A DNA stretch of 64,000 nt from Myxococcota bacterium. Its GTDB lineage: Bacteria; Myxococcota_A; UBA796; CAJQPC01. The notes under the pieces were generated by a model. That model was not told the origin of the DNA and ran no database searches. It saw only the letters and a list, made by a program, of their open reading frames with translations. The stretch lies in NCBI GenBank assembly GCA_036229005.1, contig JAZAMN010000052.1, positions 320,001 to 384,000 on the forward strand, read 5' to 3'. Numbering within the stretch: position 1 is the first letter of the stretch; the number at the start of each line of letters is the position of its first letter. The position numbers and the translations under genes were made by a program. Shown piece after piece: positions 61,458 through 64,000 of the stretch.

Positions 61458-62429
61458 TCAGTGTAACCGGGAGTGAAAGTGGCGGTAGGCCTGGGCGGTG
61501 CGTTCGACCATCGCGGCTGCGGACCACTGGGCGGCGTGCTCGGCGGCGCGGCGCGTGTCGGGGCGATCGCCTGCGAGGCTGCGGCCAATCGCCTCGGCCA
61601 GCGCGTTCGGGTCCTGGGGCGCGACGAGCAGTCCGTGTGTCCCCACGACCTCGGGCACCCCACCGGCCCGCGTGGCGACGACCGGCACCCCGGCGCGCAT
61701 GGCCTCCAGCACAGCCTGCCCCAGGCCCTCCTCCTTTGAGCAGTGCACGAAGCAGTCGGCGCGGGCGAGCAAGGCGGGCACGTCTTCCCTTTGGCCGAGG
61801 AGCTCCAGCGCGGTGCCCTCGAGCTGCGGTCGCAGGGGGCCTTCACCGGCGACCAGCACCCGGACATCGGGGAGCAGCGCGGCCGCGGCAGCGAGGGTGC
61901 GGTGGTCCTTGTGGTCGACCAGCGCGCCCACCGCCAGGGCGATGCGGCCAGGCCCGAGATTGGCTGGGGGGACCGCCGGGGGTGTCTGTACGCCGTCGGG
62001 GACGACCAGGATGTCCTCGCTGGCGACCCCGCAGTCCATCAGGACCCCGCGCACCGCAGAGGAGACGGCGATGAACCCCAGAGCCCGGCAGGTCTTGAGC
62101 GCCCTCCCCCGGACCCGGAAGTCGACGCGGCGGTGCACCACGGGGCGGCGGCCAGCCCAGACGGCGAGGCTCTGCGTGCGGGAGGTGTGGGCGGCGAGCA
62201 GAGGCTCTGGGGCCCCTCGCAGCAGGGCCCAATTCCGGGGATCGCGGCCCGGGTGCATCGCGAGCTGGGGGAGCCCGGCGAGGGCCTGCGAGATGGGACT
62301 CCCAGGAACGCAGGCGATGCGCTGCTCAAAGCCCAGATCGGCGAGGCCGAGGGCCAGCAGCTCGAGCTGTCGCTGACCGCCGCGCCAGCTCAGCTCCGTG
62401 TCCAGATGGAGGACCCCAGGTGGGCTCAA
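61458..62429 (-). CDS. GT4 glycosyltransferase
   Basis: HLDT..SWRGGQRQ, HRRVDF, KDH, GEGPLR, EEGLG...LEAM..GVPVV; TTG overlaps upstream stop. Confidence 0.9.
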   Translation of the reverse strand: MSPPGVLHLDTELSWRGGQRQLELLALGLADLGFEQRIACVPGSPISQALAGLPQLAMHPGRDPRNWALLRGAPEPLLAAHTSRTQSLAVWAGRRPVVHRRVDFRVRGRALKTCRALGFIAVSSAVRGVLMDCGVASEDILVVPDGVQTPPAVPPANLGPGRIALAVGALVDHKDHRTLAAAAALLPDVRVLVAGEGPLRPQLEGTALELLGQREDVPALLARADCFVHCSKEEGLGQAVLEAMRAGVPVVATRAGGVPEVVGTHGLLVAPQDPNALAEAIGRSLAGDRPDTRRAAEHAAQWSAAAMVERTAQAYRHFHSRLH

Positions 62430-62590
62430 GGGGCCTTCTTGGCCGACTCGGGGTTCAGGTGCGGGATGCCCTTGAACACGGGCCAGCGCAGCTTGCAGGC
62501 GGGGCAGCGCAGGTGGGCGTCCGTCGGCTCCAGCGGGCCTCGGCACTGGGGGCAGCACAGGGCCTGCAGCAGTCGGGGGTCCAGCTTCAC
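62426..62590 (-). CDS. Trm112/YcaR-like small protein
   Basis: LL.ALCCPQCRG.L......CPAC...WPV..GIP; typical of lpxK operons. Confidence 0.85.
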   Translation of the reverse strand: MKLDPRLLQALCCPQCRGPLEPTDAHLRCPACKLRWPVFKGIPHLNPESAKKAP

Positions 62591-63366
62591 GGCACCTTCC
62601 AGCGGTCGTGGAGCCACAGCCAGGCTCCGGGGTCTTCGCGCACCCGCGCCTCGATCCACGCGGTGAGGGTGGCCGTATCCCGCTCCACATCGCCGCTCAT
62701 CTCGATGGGCTCCAGGCGCACCCGCAGCTTGCCCGGGGCCTCTCGGCTGATCCAGCCGCCGAACACGGGGATCCCGGTGCGCTTGTGGGCGGCGGCCGGT
62801 CCCGGGGAGGTCCACGCCGGGCGGCCAAAGAAGGGGACCGGGATCCCCTCGTTGCGGCGCTGGTCGTGCACCCAGATGAGCACCTTTCCGCGCTCCAGCG
62901 CGTCGTAGCCCTGGGCCATGGAGCCGTGGGGCGGGAGCAGCTCGAACACGCCCCGGTGCTCCTCCAGGATGGCGCGCGCGGTCGCGTTTCGAGGCGGCCG
63001 GACGAACACCGCGCTGGGGATGTCCTCGGCCAGCGTGCCCACTGCGGCCTCAAAACCCGCCGCGTGTCCCCCGACCACGATGCTCCCCAGGCCCATCAGC
63101 GAGCGCGCCCGCAGGGCATCCAGCCCGGTGGCCTCCACCTCGATCCTGTCGATCTGCAGCAGTTCCACGATGCCCAGGGCCAGGCTGGCCAGCGCCGCCC
63201 GCAGCGTAGGACCCACCGGCACCCCCGGGAGCGCCTTGCGCAGGTTGTCGACCGCGACCCGCTTGCGCACTGGCAGTACCAGCCACCACACCCAGGCCAG
63301 CAGCCAGGTGAAGCGCTCCGCCAGGTGCAGCGGGGTTCGGGCCAGGATCCAGGCCAGGGCTCTCAT
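62587..63366 (-). CDS. Lipid A late acyltransferase (LpxL/HtrB family)
   Basis: DNL..A, GH..GFE, DQ, VPFFG, P.AWLWLHDRWK. Confidence 0.85.
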   Translation of the reverse strand: MRALAWILARTPLHLAERFTWLLAWVWWLVLPVRKRVAVDNLRKALPGVPVGPTLRAALASLALGIVELLQIDRIEVEATGLDALRARSLMGLGSIVVGGHAAGFEAAVGTLAEDIPSAVFVRPPRNATARAILEEHRGVFELLPPHGSMAQGYDALERGKVLIWVHDQRRNEGIPVPFFGRPAWTSPGPAAAHKRTGIPVFGGWISREAPGKLRVRLEPIEMSGDVERDTATLTAWIEARVREDPGAWLWLHDRWKVP

Positions 63367-63375
63367 CGCGGACCG

Positions 63376-64000
63376 CTACTCCAGGTGCGCTCGTGCGAAG
63401 CGTTGAAGGTGGGACTCCAGGACCTCGTCGGCGGGCGAGAGGGTCAACTTGAGCGCCCAGGCCGAGGTGCCAGGCGGTAGGCGCGGGAGGTCCTTCTCGG
63501 TGCAGATCCGCTCCCCCTCGGGCAGCTCGGCGGGGGTGAAGGGGTGGTGATCCGGGAAGGGGTGCCAGCTCTGCACGTCCACGCCCAGATCCAGCAGGGT
63601 CTGGAGGAAGCGCCCCGGTCGGGCGATGCCACAGAAGGCGGCGATGGGACCTTTGGGGCCCTGGTCCAGAGGGAGCTGCTGTCCGTCGCGGATCCAGGCG
63701 CAGGGCGTCGTGTGAACGCGTGCAGTCGGGCGCTCACAGGAGAACTCCCCTGCCCCATTGAGGACGACCAGATCCGCCCGAGCGACCGACTCCAGGCCCT
63801 CTCGCGCGCGGCCCACGGGGATCACGCCGCCGTCCAGCGGGTCCTGGGGGTCCACCATCAGCAGGGAGAGGTCCGAGCGCACGGCGTGGTGCTGGAAGCC
63901 ATCATCCAGGACCACCACTCGGGCCCCCTGCTCCTTCGCCCACTGGATGCCGGCCAGTCGGTCCGGCGAGGACACCACGTCCAGCCCGCGCTCCTTGAGC
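63376..64000 (-). CDS. lpxK: Tetraacyldisaccharide 4'-kinase LpxK (3' part, truncated by window edge)
   Basis: DR, LDDGFQH, P.GR.RE, AFCGIARP..F, FPDHH, TEKD. Confidence 0.93.
   Translation of the reverse strand, partial: LKERGLDVVSSPDRLAGIQWAKEQGARVVVLDDGFQHHAVRSDLSLLMVDPQDPLDGGVIPVGRAREGLESVARADLVVLNGAGEFSCERPTARVHTTPCAWIRDGQQLPLDQGPKGPIAAFCGIARPGRFLQTLLDLGVDVQSWHPFPDHHPFTPAELPEGERICTEKDLPRLPPGTSAWALKLTLSPADEVLESHLQRFARAHLE

Overview
High-GC, gene-dense bacterial chromosome segment, most consistent with a Myxococcota/deltaproteobacterial genome. This inference rests on TIGR02266-type PilZ domains, a DUF4388 protein, a MYXO-CTERM-like tail, PEGA and MopE-type repeat proteins, and alternative complex III. 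Recognisable core genes are purS(3' end)-purQ-purL-purF, efp-epmA, a complete actABCDEF (alternative complex III) operon, pyk, rsmD, trmK, miaE, a sirtuin with an acyl-CoA dehydrogenase, a TIGR03960/TIGR03936 radical SAM fusion and the 3' part of an lpxK-led lipid A operon. No rRNA, tRNA, CRISPR array, transposase or prophage was seen. Highlights: (1) an E. coli-like 28-bp dif site at 44694-44721, suggesting this is the replication terminus; (2) an Hsp70-acidic linker-PilZ fusion and a PilZ-like/DUF4388/MshEN/degenerate-J-domain protein flanking efp-epmA, a candidate c-di-GMP-linked chaperone pair; (3) a fusion of an Arg-rich tail, only the NAD-binding lobe of Tpt1/KptA, and a Nudix domain; (4) about ten putative lipoproteins with ultra-short signal peptides lacking a basic n-region; (5) eukaryote-like proteins (BPI/LBP-like, ECHDC1-like, FAN1-like, TMTC-like); (6) inverted heptamer arrays beside a membrane-anchored EAD1-like protein. 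All family calls come from motif recognition by eye; no database search was run. Many start codons were re-chosen from RBS or stop/start overlaps.
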